From the NCBI GenBank assembly GCA_965662895.1, contig CBFIJH010000004.1, positions 64,001 through 128,000 on the forward strand: 64,000 nt of DNA, in the 5' to 3' direction. This document shows, piece after piece, positions 36,848-45,681 of this stretch; the stretch's first letter is position 1, and each line of letters opens with the position of its first letter. The notes beneath the pieces are model-generated. The model searched no databases, had not been told where the DNA came from, and saw nothing but the letters and a program-made list of their open reading frames with translations. The position numbers and the translations under genes are program-made. The DNA is from Candidatus Poseidoniaceae archaeon. GTDB lineage: Archaea > Thermoplasmatota > Poseidoniia > Poseidoniales > Poseidoniaceae.

Positions 36848-37589
36848 ACTGTTTGGTGAGCGCCCCTGGAAGTTGTGGAAACTCGCCTGGGAAAAAAGAC
36901 ACAACAAAGTGGCCTTCACCTCATCCATTGGTGGCTTTCTGTTGGTGCTCATTGGACTTCCATACATTGCAATCAACCATGTTTCAGGTACACTGGCTCG
37001 GTCGGCTTTCAACCCAGAGATTCCTCTTGATCAATCGATTCCATACGTCCCTGTTCTAAATTTAGCATATGTTTCGTTCTATGTTTACTATGTCGTAATC
37101 CCATTAATGGCTCAAACTGAGATGGAACGCAAATGTGCGATTGTCTTTTCACAGCGACTTTTCATCATAACGCTCCCGGTTTTCCTCATGTTCCTTTTGT
37201 TGCCTGTCGAAGTTGATCTTCGAAGTCAGGTGGAAGGTGACGATGTCTTTACTTCAATACTGTTGATTTTGCATGGCGTTGACCAACCCTACAATGCTTG
37301 GCCCAGTCTTCATATTGCACACAGTTTGTGTGTCGTTTTAGCAACACCTCTTGTGTTCAAACTACGGCGAACTCCTGTCATTTGTCTTTGGATTGCATGG
37401 CTATTGCTCACAATATCAACGATGACATCGCAACAACACTACATCTTTGATGTTGGAACGGGCGCAATTTACGGCCTAATTGCACATTTTGGTTTCATTA
37501 AACCAACCATCATGCGCTGCAAATCCAAGGAACTGGATGATGCCTTTGAGCAATTTCAGGCAAACAGTGTTGAGACAACCTCAGGTTGA
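36837..37589 (+). CDS. PAP2-superfamily membrane phosphatase/phosphotransferase
   Basis: DQPYNAWPSLH and QQHYIFDV motifs, about 6 TMs; ATG overlaps the end of thiQ. Confidence 0.8.
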   Translation: MKIRLFGERPWKLWKLAWEKRHNKVAFTSSIGGFLLVLIGLPYIAINHVSGTLARSAFNPEIPLDQSIPYVPVLNLAYVSFYVYYVVIPLMAQTEMERKCAIVFSQRLFIITLPVFLMFLLLPVEVDLRSQVEGDDVFTSILLILHGVDQPYNAWPSLHIAHSLCVVLATPLVFKLRRTPVICLWIAWLLLTISTMTSQQHYIFDVGTGAIYGLIAHFGFIKPTIMRCKSKELDDAFEQFQANSVETTSG

Positions 37590-39043
37590 GTCAGGTAGAT
37601 AGTCAAACCCACACCAGCCATAATCATCATCCACGAACCAACCATCTTGATCATTCCAGTCATTCGTCGCAGGAAATTGATCATCACCTGACGACCAAGG
37701 CCAACAAGAACGGTTACCAGAATCATGAGAATGAGCAAACCAAGCATCAAACCTGACAAACCGGAGAGCGTGGCGCTTGTACCGAGTGTACCGAGGAAGA
37801 TGACGAAGGGCAACACAGCAGCTGCAGTGCAATCAATTGATGCGGCAGCATACCCAATACCGTAGAGATACATGTTTCGTCGTGGCGTGAAGGTTTCGTC
37901 CATTTCCGTTGTCGACCAACGATCGACCAGTTTTTGGACGAAGCCAAGGACGTGAGAGGTAATCCCGAGAAGCATAATCGAACCGAGTATAATCAAAAGG
38001 ACTGCAATCCCAATCGCGATGTAATGAATCATACCGGATTGAGCAAAGGCCTCACCCATGGCGAAGGCGATAATTCCGATGACGATGAAGAACGTCCACA
38101 TTCCCAACCCTGCAAGCGTTCCAATCACCCAAGAAGAAGGCATGGGCGTCTTTAATTTCCCTTCCTCGATCAAATCGTCCTCTCGTGCTCCTAGGCTGAG
38201 ATAGTACGAGATGAAACCTGGCAAAACAGGGAAGGCACAAGGAGAAAAGTACACCAGAATAGAGAGAATCATTCCAAGAACAAAAACTGCAACGAACGAT
38301 GTTGACGGTTCTTCCCATGCAATCCGATCATCCATAGTTAGGGAGACATTCCCCGAGAGGGCCTTCTCAACCGAGGAATCGAACTCATCCCAACCGCCGA
38401 TTGGCGTCCCAGTTGCTTGACGTTCAATGATGTAACCTTCAACATCAATGACCATGACAACGGGTATTTGGCCAGTTCCAGCAGTTGTGAACAGTTTCAC
38501 AGGATCGGTCGTCGAACCATCTTCAAGTACCGCAGACTCTGTTGAGCCAAGCCCAGTTGGATAGAGTGGAACCGTGTATTCACCGCCAGACTCGTTGAGA
38601 TATTCCAATGACTCCTGATACCAGGCACCATAACCAACAATATGGAAACCGACGCCGTTTTCATCAGCCGTTTGTTTCCATTCATCCATGTATTCCTCAA
38701 GATGAGCTTGAACAGCATGACAGTTTGAACAATCGTGTGCTAACAAATCGAGGATAATGACATCGCCACGTAGTTCTGATAAGCGAATCTCACCCTCCGC
38801 CGTATAGTTCTCTTCGATTCCAGTTCGGTTCAAACTCTGAACAATGATCTCAGGAATCGGAGCAGGTTCAGCATCCGACTCAAATATCTCATCCATGCTG
38901 TCAAACAAGGACAAGCCAGCAAAAGCAATCACACCGAAGAGAACGACTGCAATACCGAACGCTTTCCACGTTTCAGAACGCTTGAATACACCCCAGTCGG
39001 CCTGATCAAGCATCCCCATAACTTCTCCATTCACTGGTTGCAA
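37556..39043 (-). CDS. Thioredoxin-like (TlpA-type) domain fused to CcdA/DsbD-beta membrane domain
   Basis: RLSELRGDVIILDLLAHDCSNC (CxxC), IPVVMVIDVEG; C-terminal FSPCAFPVLPGFISYY and ASIDCT with 6 TMs. Confidence 0.85.
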   Translation of the reverse strand: MQPVNGEVMGMLDQADWGVFKRSETWKAFGIAVVLFGVIAFAGLSLFDSMDEIFESDAEPAPIPEIIVQSLNRTGIEENYTAEGEIRLSELRGDVIILDLLAHDCSNCHAVQAHLEEYMDEWKQTADENGVGFHIVGYGAWYQESLEYLNESGGEYTVPLYPTGLGSTESAVLEDGSTTDPVKLFTTAGTGQIPVVMVIDVEGYIIERQATGTPIGGWDEFDSSVEKALSGNVSLTMDDRIAWEEPSTSFVAVFVLGMILSILVYFSPCAFPVLPGFISYYLSLGAREDDLIEEGKLKTPMPSSWVIGTLAGLGMWTFFIVIGIIAFAMGEAFAQSGMIHYIAIGIAVLLIILGSIMLLGITSHVLGFVQKLVDRWSTTEMDETFTPRRNMYLYGIGYAAASIDCTAAAVLPFVIFLGTLGTSATLSGLSGLMLGLLILMILVTVLVGLGRQVMINFLRRMTGMIKMVGSWMMIMAGVGLTIYLTQPEVVSTLFA

Positions 39044-39049
39044 ATGAAA

Positions 39050-40147
39050 CTAATGCTGCTCCATCGATGTTGCATTGAGATGAACCACAGATACTTCCAA
39101 GCGCTCATGCGTTGGATGGACTTCAACCATTTGAACAGGGACTGAAATGACTTCTGCAAGTTCCTCAGCAACACTCAGAGGCATTTCGATTCGGCGAGCA
39201 GTTGCATCGTACCGTAGCCAAGAGGAACTGATGTGCAAGGTTTCTTGCAATTCCATCATATCATCGCGAGCATCTTCAGGCTCTGTTGGAATCGCACCGA
39301 AAAGAATGGTATCGTCTTCTGAAAGCGTTTCATAGGGTCGAAGTGTCGCTTCTGCTCGACGTCGAAATCGAGCCCTGAGTTGACCAGCATCCTTGTAGGA
39401 AGCCGTACAGAATTTGAGATGGAAGGACTTGTCTTTTGCCGCTTCCTTCAGTCGAACACCGAGTTCAAACGATCCTTCTGCTGCTGCAGAAAGACCACTC
39501 GAGAGATTGAAGCCTCGAACATCCATGTTCTCTTGGTTGCCTGTTGTAATTTCCAATTCGTTCAAATTCAGAAATTGGACAGGTAGTTGTTCCAATTGTT
39601 CGAGCAGTTCGAAGAGCGAATTTTCCTTGTCTGGTTCACATGGGAGTTCGATTCCGACATTGATTCCAGCGTCACTGGATGCTTTGATGACCTCTTCATA
39701 CTGCTTTGTAGTTCCATCGAGAAGATGGAAGCGAAGCTCATCCAGACCTGCAGATGCAAGTTTCTCGACCCATTCGAGTTTGAATGGAATCGATGTGTAG
39801 AGGTGAATGTGGTGTTCTTGTCCGAAGGCTTGCTTTAGTTGCTTAATGGCTTCGACCGATCGTTCTGGATCAAGCATCGGGTCTCCTCCAGTGATACCTG
39901 TTCCCGTAGCCTTCATGGCATGGCCTTCTTCGATGACTTCGTCCCACGTGCTGCACCTTCGCTCGTTGGCGAACATATCGGGAGATTCACGTCGGTTCTC
40001 AGAAAGTGGACAGTAGTCGCATCCCCAGTGACACTTGCCAGTCACGAAGAGAACGAGTTTGCGTCCTTCTTGGCATTGAACGCAACCTTCTGCTTCACCT
40101 GCCTCAGGTGGCAGAATTTCCGTATGCATCGGAAGATGGACGACCAT
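39050..40147 (-). CDS. Uncharacterised archaeal radical SAM protein (COG2108-like)
   Basis: GCVQCQEGRKLVLFVTGKCHWGCDYCPLS (CxxxCxxC), GITGGDP, HIHLYT, AGLDELRFH, FLNLNELE. Confidence 0.88.
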   Translation of the reverse strand: MVVHLPMHTEILPPEAGEAEGCVQCQEGRKLVLFVTGKCHWGCDYCPLSENRRESPDMFANERRCSTWDEVIEEGHAMKATGTGITGGDPMLDPERSVEAIKQLKQAFGQEHHIHLYTSIPFKLEWVEKLASAGLDELRFHLLDGTTKQYEEVIKASSDAGINVGIELPCEPDKENSLFELLEQLEQLPVQFLNLNELEITTGNQENMDVRGFNLSSGLSAAAEGSFELGVRLKEAAKDKSFHLKFCTASYKDAGQLRARFRRRAEATLRPYETLSEDDTILFGAIPTEPEDARDDMMELQETLHISSSWLRYDATARRIEMPLSVAEELAEVISVPVQMVEVHPTHERLEVSVVHLNATSMEQH

Positions 40148-40173
40148 GGAAAGAACCCCAGTGTACTCCTTGT

Positions 40174-40866
40174 TCAATCCGTCGGTGAAAGCACAGCGAT
40201 TTCGTTCAATAACCATGCGTGGAATCGACGGTCGTTGGTCAGTTCTGGATGAAAGGTGACTGCACACTTTGATCCATCACGGACACCCACTACTTCCTCG
40301 CCGAGCCGTGCAATAATCTTACAATTGAGACCTTCGGAATCGAAACGTGGTGCACGAATGAAAACGCCCGGGAATGCGTCGGTTTCATGCGCGTTTTGAA
40401 CATCACCAACGACCAAAGGAGTGTGTCCAAAGACATCAGGAGTACGCTGGACAGAGACACCGCTCGTTTCCAAACGTTCCATTTCGACCTCTATGTCTGC
40501 CTCGAAGGATTGGCGTTGTCGACCCCATGCATTTCGTGAGATGTTGACGCTGATGTAGGGTTTCCGATTATGACTGGGGGAGGCAAGTAGAATGGCTCCT
40601 GCACAAGTTCCGAGAACTGGGCGATTTGGATATTGATTCATCCAATTGTAAATGGAGTCAAGAAGACCTTCGAAACGAGAAGCAATCCGCATTGTTGTCG
40701 ATTCACCCCCAGGTAGAATCAGACCGTGAATCGAAGCATTGAGATCTTCACCTTTGCGCAATTGGACGACCTCGACGTCATGTTGCAGTTCATTTGCGAT
40801 GGAGAGTATGGCCTCTTCATGCTCATATCGAGCACCTTGCAACATCGCAAGACCCACTCGCATCAT
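40174..40866 (-). CDS. pdxT: PLP synthase glutaminase subunit
   Basis: LQGA..EH, LILPGGESTT, GTCAGAILL, RNAWGRQRQSFE, VFIRAP, FHPEL. Confidence 0.92.
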   Translation of the reverse strand: MMRVGLAMLQGARYEHEEAILSIANELQHDVEVVQLRKGEDLNASIHGLILPGGESTTMRIASRFEGLLDSIYNWMNQYPNRPVLGTCAGAILLASPSHNRKPYISVNISRNAWGRQRQSFEADIEVEMERLETSGVSVQRTPDVFGHTPLVVGDVQNAHETDAFPGVFIRAPRFDSEGLNCKIIARLGEEVVGVRDGSKCAVTFHPELTNDRRFHAWLLNEIAVLSPTD

Positions 40867-40974
40867 GACTGCTCCTAAACCTCCATGTCTTTAGCACATA
40901 GCATCCATGCAAACGCTCGAATCATGGGAAATCCAGTGTTCGTATTGAAAAACCGTGCGCGTTACCCTTCACAC

Positions 40975-42159
40975 ATGGCACACGATGGTGACTGTTTTCT
41001 TGTCCCCGGGCCCGTACGAATGAGTCATGCTTGCTTACAGGCCATGGCGACACCTGTCATGACTGCACGGGGTACAGAATTTCGCGATGTGATGGCAGAC
41101 CTCAATGCTGGTTTGCGGTCGGCCTTCAATCTCTCTCCTTCATCGCGACAACGGGGAACTGAATCGTGGTCTGGGGATGATGGCTACAAGGTCATCGCCG
41201 TTTCAGGGAGTGGAACAGCGGCAATGGAGATGGTAATCGCAAACAGATTCAGACCGAACGACCGGGTTCTTGTTCCAACGAACGGAAAATTTGGTGAGCG
41301 TGTCGCCCACATTTGCAAACAGTATTGTCAAGTCAAACACATCCAGTACGATTGGGGACGCAGTTTTGACGTCATGGAACTTGAGGAACAACTTGGTCGT
41401 GGTACCTTCGAAGCCCTCCTTATTTGCCACAATGAAACAAGTTCAGGAATTACCCAGGATGCTGAAGCACTCGCACAACTTTGCGATGAGCATGGTGTTG
41501 CGTTTATTCTCGATGGAATTACATCAGTCGGAGGCATGCCGGTACACCCTGAACAATGGGGTGCTGAAGCCGTTGTTATGGGAGCACAGAAGTGCACATC
41601 TGGACCGAGTGGAATCGCTGCAATCGCAATCAATGAGCATTTTATTGAACGCGTTCACACCATTCGACAACAAGGTGATTCAAACCCTGTGTACTATCTC
41701 GATTTGATACCAGCCCTCAAGAAAGGAAGCGACGATCAAACACCTTGGACGCCCGCCATCAACTTAGCCATGGGATGGGCTGCAGCACTTCGTGAACTCG
41801 AAGATGAAGGACTTGAGAATCGATGGGAGCGATGCAAAACGCTTGCAAGTGGCGTTCGTCGTTTGTTCGCCGATCTTGGATTCATGCTGCTCGCTGATGC
41901 GGGTCAACAAAGCGATACAGTGACTGCCATCATGTATCCTGAAGGTATCGACGATTCATGGCGAAGAAAACTCAAAGACGATTATCACACGCAAGTTATC
42001 GGTGCCCAAGACCATCTCAAGGGCAAGATGTTTCGGGTAGGTAGTATGGGTATGACGAGCATCGATGAGATGATTGAGGGTTGCAATCGGATGATTGCGT
42101 GCTTCAACAAAATGGGACATACACTTCCAAACGTTGATGTTGCATCCTACTTTGCATGA
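40975..42159 (+). CDS. Class V aminotransferase (alanine-glyoxylate/serine-pyruvate family)
   Basis: LVPGPV, GSGTAAME, NGKFGER, HNETSSG, DGITSVGG, GAQKC, QTPWTP, FRVGSMG. Confidence 0.9.
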   Translation: MAHDGDCFLVPGPVRMSHACLQAMATPVMTARGTEFRDVMADLNAGLRSAFNLSPSSRQRGTESWSGDDGYKVIAVSGSGTAAMEMVIANRFRPNDRVLVPTNGKFGERVAHICKQYCQVKHIQYDWGRSFDVMELEEQLGRGTFEALLICHNETSSGITQDAEALAQLCDEHGVAFILDGITSVGGMPVHPEQWGAEAVVMGAQKCTSGPSGIAAIAINEHFIERVHTIRQQGDSNPVYYLDLIPALKKGSDDQTPWTPAINLAMGWAAALRELEDEGLENRWERCKTLASGVRRLFADLGFMLLADAGQQSDTVTAIMYPEGIDDSWRRKLKDDYHTQVIGAQDHLKGKMFRVGSMGMTSIDEMIEGCNRMIACFNKMGHTLPNVDVASYFA

Positions 42160-42162
42160 TAC

Positions 42163-42711
42163 ATGGGCAAAGGAATCGTATTGGGGCGGTTCCAGCCTTT
42201 CCACAACGGTCATGCATTTTTGGTTGAACAAGCCCTTGCACGATTCGAACTCGTTACGATCGCCATTGGCTCTGCTCAAGAAGAATGGACGGTGGATAAC
42301 CCATTTTCGTTTGAAGAACGAAGAGACATGATTCAAAAATGGGCTGACGGAAATGGGCACAAGGAGAAACTCGATATCGTTGGAATTGAAGATATCAATG
42401 ACCCACCAAACTGGGTTCAGCATGCATCGAACCATCACGGTGAGGGAACACTCGTAACGTCCGATGAAAGAACCAAGACACTCTATGAGGAGGCGAATTT
42501 TGAAGTCAGTTGGGTTGATCTTCATGAGCGTCAGCAGTTCGAAGGTTGGCGTATTCGCCAGACCTGCATGATGCTTTCAACAGTCTACGATGACGAGGCT
42601 ACGAGGATGGTTTTGGCTCCGAGTGTTCCTGTACCTGTCATCGAGTGGCTCATTGAACACGATGCTCTGTACCGATTTTCGCAAATCAACACAAGCCCGC
42701 ATGCCGGCTAA
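42163..42711 (+). CDS. nadM: Nicotinamide-nucleotide adenylyltransferase
   Basis: GRFQPFHNGH, IGSAQ, NPFSFEERRDMI. Confidence 0.88.
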   Translation: MGKGIVLGRFQPFHNGHAFLVEQALARFELVTIAIGSAQEEWTVDNPFSFEERRDMIQKWADGNGHKEKLDIVGIEDINDPPNWVQHASNHHGEGTLVTSDERTKTLYEEANFEVSWVDLHERQQFEGWRIRQTCMMLSTVYDDEATRMVLAPSVPVPVIEWLIEHDALYRFSQINTSPHAG

Positions 42712-43281
42712 TCACTCGGTTGCAACGACAACACGAGCGGCTCGAAGGAGCCGTTCTTTGTACATGTAGCCAGGTTCGAGAACATCGATGACTTGACCTG
42801 CAGGAAATTGTTCTGAAGCAGGTAATGTGGTAATCGCTTCCATGGTCGCTGGATTGAATTCATGGCCTTTCGCTTCGATGAGTTTTATTCCATCAGCTTC
42901 GAGTTCTCGCCACAATTTGTTTCGCAACAATCGAAGGCCCTGAGCAACTGGTGATTCATCATCATCTTCGACTTGAGCCAAAGCACGGTCAACGTCGTTC
43001 AGAATTGGAATCATGCGACGAGCAAGACCCATTCCGCCGTATTGAATGAGCGTTGATTTTTCCGCCATCAGTCGCTTTCGAACATTTTGAATCTCTGCGT
43101 CTTTGTATGCGATTTCTTTCTCAGCCTTTTCTGCCCGCTGAATCGCTTCTTCGAGAGGATCAACAGGTTCGACGTGTTCTGACAAATCCATTTGCTCATC
43201 GACCTCTTCGAAAGCAGGTGTCTCATCATCGTGGGATTCGGGGACATCATCCAAAGGAACGTCTTCGTTCTCTTCCGACAT
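42712..43281 (-). CDS. grpE: Nucleotide exchange factor GrpE
   Basis: AEIQNVRKR, IPILNDVDRAL, GHEFNPATMEA, GYMYKERLLRAARVVV. Confidence 0.93.
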   Translation of the reverse strand: MSEENEDVPLDDVPESHDDETPAFEEVDEQMDLSEHVEPVDPLEEAIQRAEKAEKEIAYKDAEIQNVRKRLMAEKSTLIQYGGMGLARRMIPILNDVDRALAQVEDDDESPVAQGLRLLRNKLWRELEADGIKLIEAKGHEFNPATMEAITTLPASEQFPAGQVIDVLEPGYMYKERLLRAARVVVATE

Positions 43282-43307
43282 GTTTCCACCGAAACGGATG
43301 TGGTCTT

Positions 43308-44024
43308 TCAACCCGACGCTGTTGTTTCATCAGGAAGTTCGTTCGCAAGAACAGTTGAGAGATTCCATGAGAACGTGCCCCATTTTCTCGCTTCGAGATG
43401 ATCTCGACCAATGATAGCTACGAGACTATCCTCGCTGTTCCAACGCTTCATGGTGTGAACAAGGGCCTTTGCTGCTCTGTCGTGAGCTTCGAAGGTTGGA
43501 ACGATTCTTGGATCTTCTTTCTCATCCATCGTCTCACCCAACTCTTTACGGCGCTCCATCCAATCCAAACAAACGCGTTCTGCGTATTCTTGCTCTGGAA
43601 TGTTCCAAAGTGCTCGGCAGACTCCATCCCACGTTTCACCGCCGTAGAGTTCGTCTTCACCTTCAATCGTTTTTGAAAGCGCTACGTCGAGGTACATGTA
43701 AGCTCGTCCTTCCCATGCTTCCCAAGCGCCAGGACTCGCCCATTTCATGGCGAGAAGAAGACCCTTTTCACCATCTCCTGAATCACGTAAGCACGCCCAA
43801 AAGGCCGTAGTGTCAGATGAATTGCGTTGTTGTGTATCCATCCAATCGAGCAATTCTGCCTCAGCATCAATGTCAAAATTGACCTTCAGCCGTGAATCCT
43901 GTTCCGGCCGAATCGATCGCATGGTGCGCTTATCAAGACCAGAGTAAACATCACACCACGGTGTCGAGACAAGTTTGTGCAAGCTTGGGACATCAACGAG
44001 AAGAACAACGATTTCCAGTCCCAT
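43308..44024 (-). CDS. Hypothetical Trp-rich soluble protein
   Basis: 238-aa acidic ORF codirectional with grpE; no family recognised. Confidence 0.7.
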   Translation of the reverse strand: MGLEIVVLLVDVPSLHKLVSTPWCDVYSGLDKRTMRSIRPEQDSRLKVNFDIDAEAELLDWMDTQQRNSSDTTAFWACLRDSGDGEKGLLLAMKWASPGAWEAWEGRAYMYLDVALSKTIEGEDELYGGETWDGVCRALWNIPEQEYAERVCLDWMERRKELGETMDEKEDPRIVPTFEAHDRAAKALVHTMKRWNSEDSLVAIIGRDHLEARKWGTFSWNLSTVLANELPDETTASG

Positions 44025-44155
44025 ATGAGAACCGAAGACCGGCTCTTCTTTGAGGCATTCGGCAGCATCAAAAAACAAAAGAATAGAAAATTTCTGTTTG
44101 AACAGGCAACAGGATTGAAGAACAGGGCCTGTTCCAAAAGGACAGGGGGGTTCGT

Positions 44156-45271
44156 ATGGCGACGATTAAAGAGCAAATCGAAATGATTCGCGCTGAGATC
44201 GATAAGACGCAAAAGAACAAGGCTACAAACGCCCACATTGGGAAGTTGAAGGCTAAGATTGCTCAACTGAAGATCAAGGAAGAGAGAGCCGCTGCCCACT
44301 CGAAAGCGAGTGGTGGTGGCAAAGGCTTCGAAGTCAAGAAGTCTGGTGATGCGACCGTCTCACTGGTCGGTTTTCCTTCTGTCGGTAAATCAACACTTAT
44401 CTCCAAAGTAACCGATGCTCATTCTGAAGCAGGTGGATATGCGTTCACAACCTTGACCTGCATCCCCGGTGTGATGGAGCATCGCGGTGCAAAAATTCAG
44501 ATTCTTGACTTGCCGGGATTGATTAAAGGTGCTGCAGAAGGAAAGGGTCGTGGAAAAGAGATTCTCAATGTTATTCGCTCCTCGGACATGGTCTTGTACA
44601 TCGTCGATCCGTTCCAAGATGGGCACTTCACTGTCCTGCATCGAGAACTGCACAATTCTGGCCTTCGATTAAATCAACAAAAGCCCCCTGTCTTCATCAA
44701 ACGTGTCGATAAAGGTGGAATCGATGTACGAACGACAGTCGAACAAACACACCTTACGCCTGAAGAGATGGGTGAAATTATTCGATCGTTTGGATATACA
44801 TCCGCGATTGTCACGCTTCGACAGGACACAACTGCAGAGCAGATTGTTGATTGTCTTGCAGGAAATATTGTGTACGAAAAGGCAGTCATTGCCATCAACA
44901 AAATTGACATTGCAACACCAGAAGACATTGAACGAGCAAAATCGGGACTGCCAAGTGATTGGCCAATCATGGAAATTTCAGCGTTCAAGGACATTGGACT
45001 CACGGAATTAAAGGATTTCATTTACGACAATCTTGGATTCATGCGTATCTTCCTCAAACCACAAGGCCAAGAGGCGGACCTCGAGGAGCCGCTCATTGTC
45101 AAAGACGATTCAACCGTGGAAACAATCTGCAACAAATTGCATCGTGATTTTGTTCGAAAATTCAGATTTGCTCGAATTAAGGGTCCTTCTGCAAAATTTG
45201 ATTGGCAGCGTGTTGGGCTTGATCATCAACTCAAGGATGGGGATTTGCTAACCATCGTGGTGAAACGATGA
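44156..45271 (+). CDS. DRG-family (Obg-like) GTPase with TGS domain
   Basis: TQKNKATNAHIGKLKAK, GFPSVGKST, YAFTT, DLPGLIKGA, NKID, C-terminal TGS (VGLDHQLKDGD). Confidence 0.95.
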   Translation: MATIKEQIEMIRAEIDKTQKNKATNAHIGKLKAKIAQLKIKEERAAAHSKASGGGKGFEVKKSGDATVSLVGFPSVGKSTLISKVTDAHSEAGGYAFTTLTCIPGVMEHRGAKIQILDLPGLIKGAAEGKGRGKEILNVIRSSDMVLYIVDPFQDGHFTVLHRELHNSGLRLNQQKPPVFIKRVDKGGIDVRTTVEQTHLTPEEMGEIIRSFGYTSAIVTLRQDTTAEQIVDCLAGNIVYEKAVIAINKIDIATPEDIERAKSGLPSDWPIMEISAFKDIGLTELKDFIYDNLGFMRIFLKPQGQEADLEEPLIVKDDSTVETICNKLHRDFVRKFRFARIKGPSAKFDWQRVGLDHQLKDGDLLTIVVKR

Positions 45272-45681
45272 AACACTTGCGGCGGTATCACAAAGACGTG
45301 TTAGCCATTGGCTTAGGATTGTTTTTCATTAATGTTGGAATCATGCACTTTACTGACGTTGAATGGTTCACGCCAATCGTACCGGAGATTCTTCCTTTTC
45401 GTGCAGAATTTTGGGTCATAGTCAGCGGCATTCCTGAAATCGCATGCGGGATTGGACTGATTCTTCCTCGAACACGAGTCCTTGCAGGAAAAGCAACTGT
45501 GGCCTTACTGATTGTCTTGTATTGGGCAAATCTCAACATGTGGATCAATGACATCCCTTTGGATGGGAATACATTCCCACTGTGGGCGCACGTCTTACGA
45601 GGACTTGCCCAACTTGGAATGATCGCAATCGCTGCTTACTTGGGCGAATGGATTCCAGAATTTTCAAAATCAAAGGATTAG
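45268..45681 (+). CDS. DoxX-like membrane protein
   Basis: FFINVGIMHF...IVP...VSGIPEIACGIGL...ANLNM...LRGLAQ pattern. Confidence 0.75.
   Translation: MKHLRRYHKDVLAIGLGLFFINVGIMHFTDVEWFTPIVPEILPFRAEFWVIVSGIPEIACGIGLILPRTRVLAGKATVALLIVLYWANLNMWINDIPLDGNTFPLWAHVLRGLAQLGMIAIAAYLGEWIPEFSKSKD

Noticed and set aside
38715-38740. CxxCH (CSNCH) as a c-type haem-binding site
   Set aside because: The context RLSELRGDVIILDLLAHDCSNC matches a TlpA/thioredoxin active site, and the domain is fused to CcdA.
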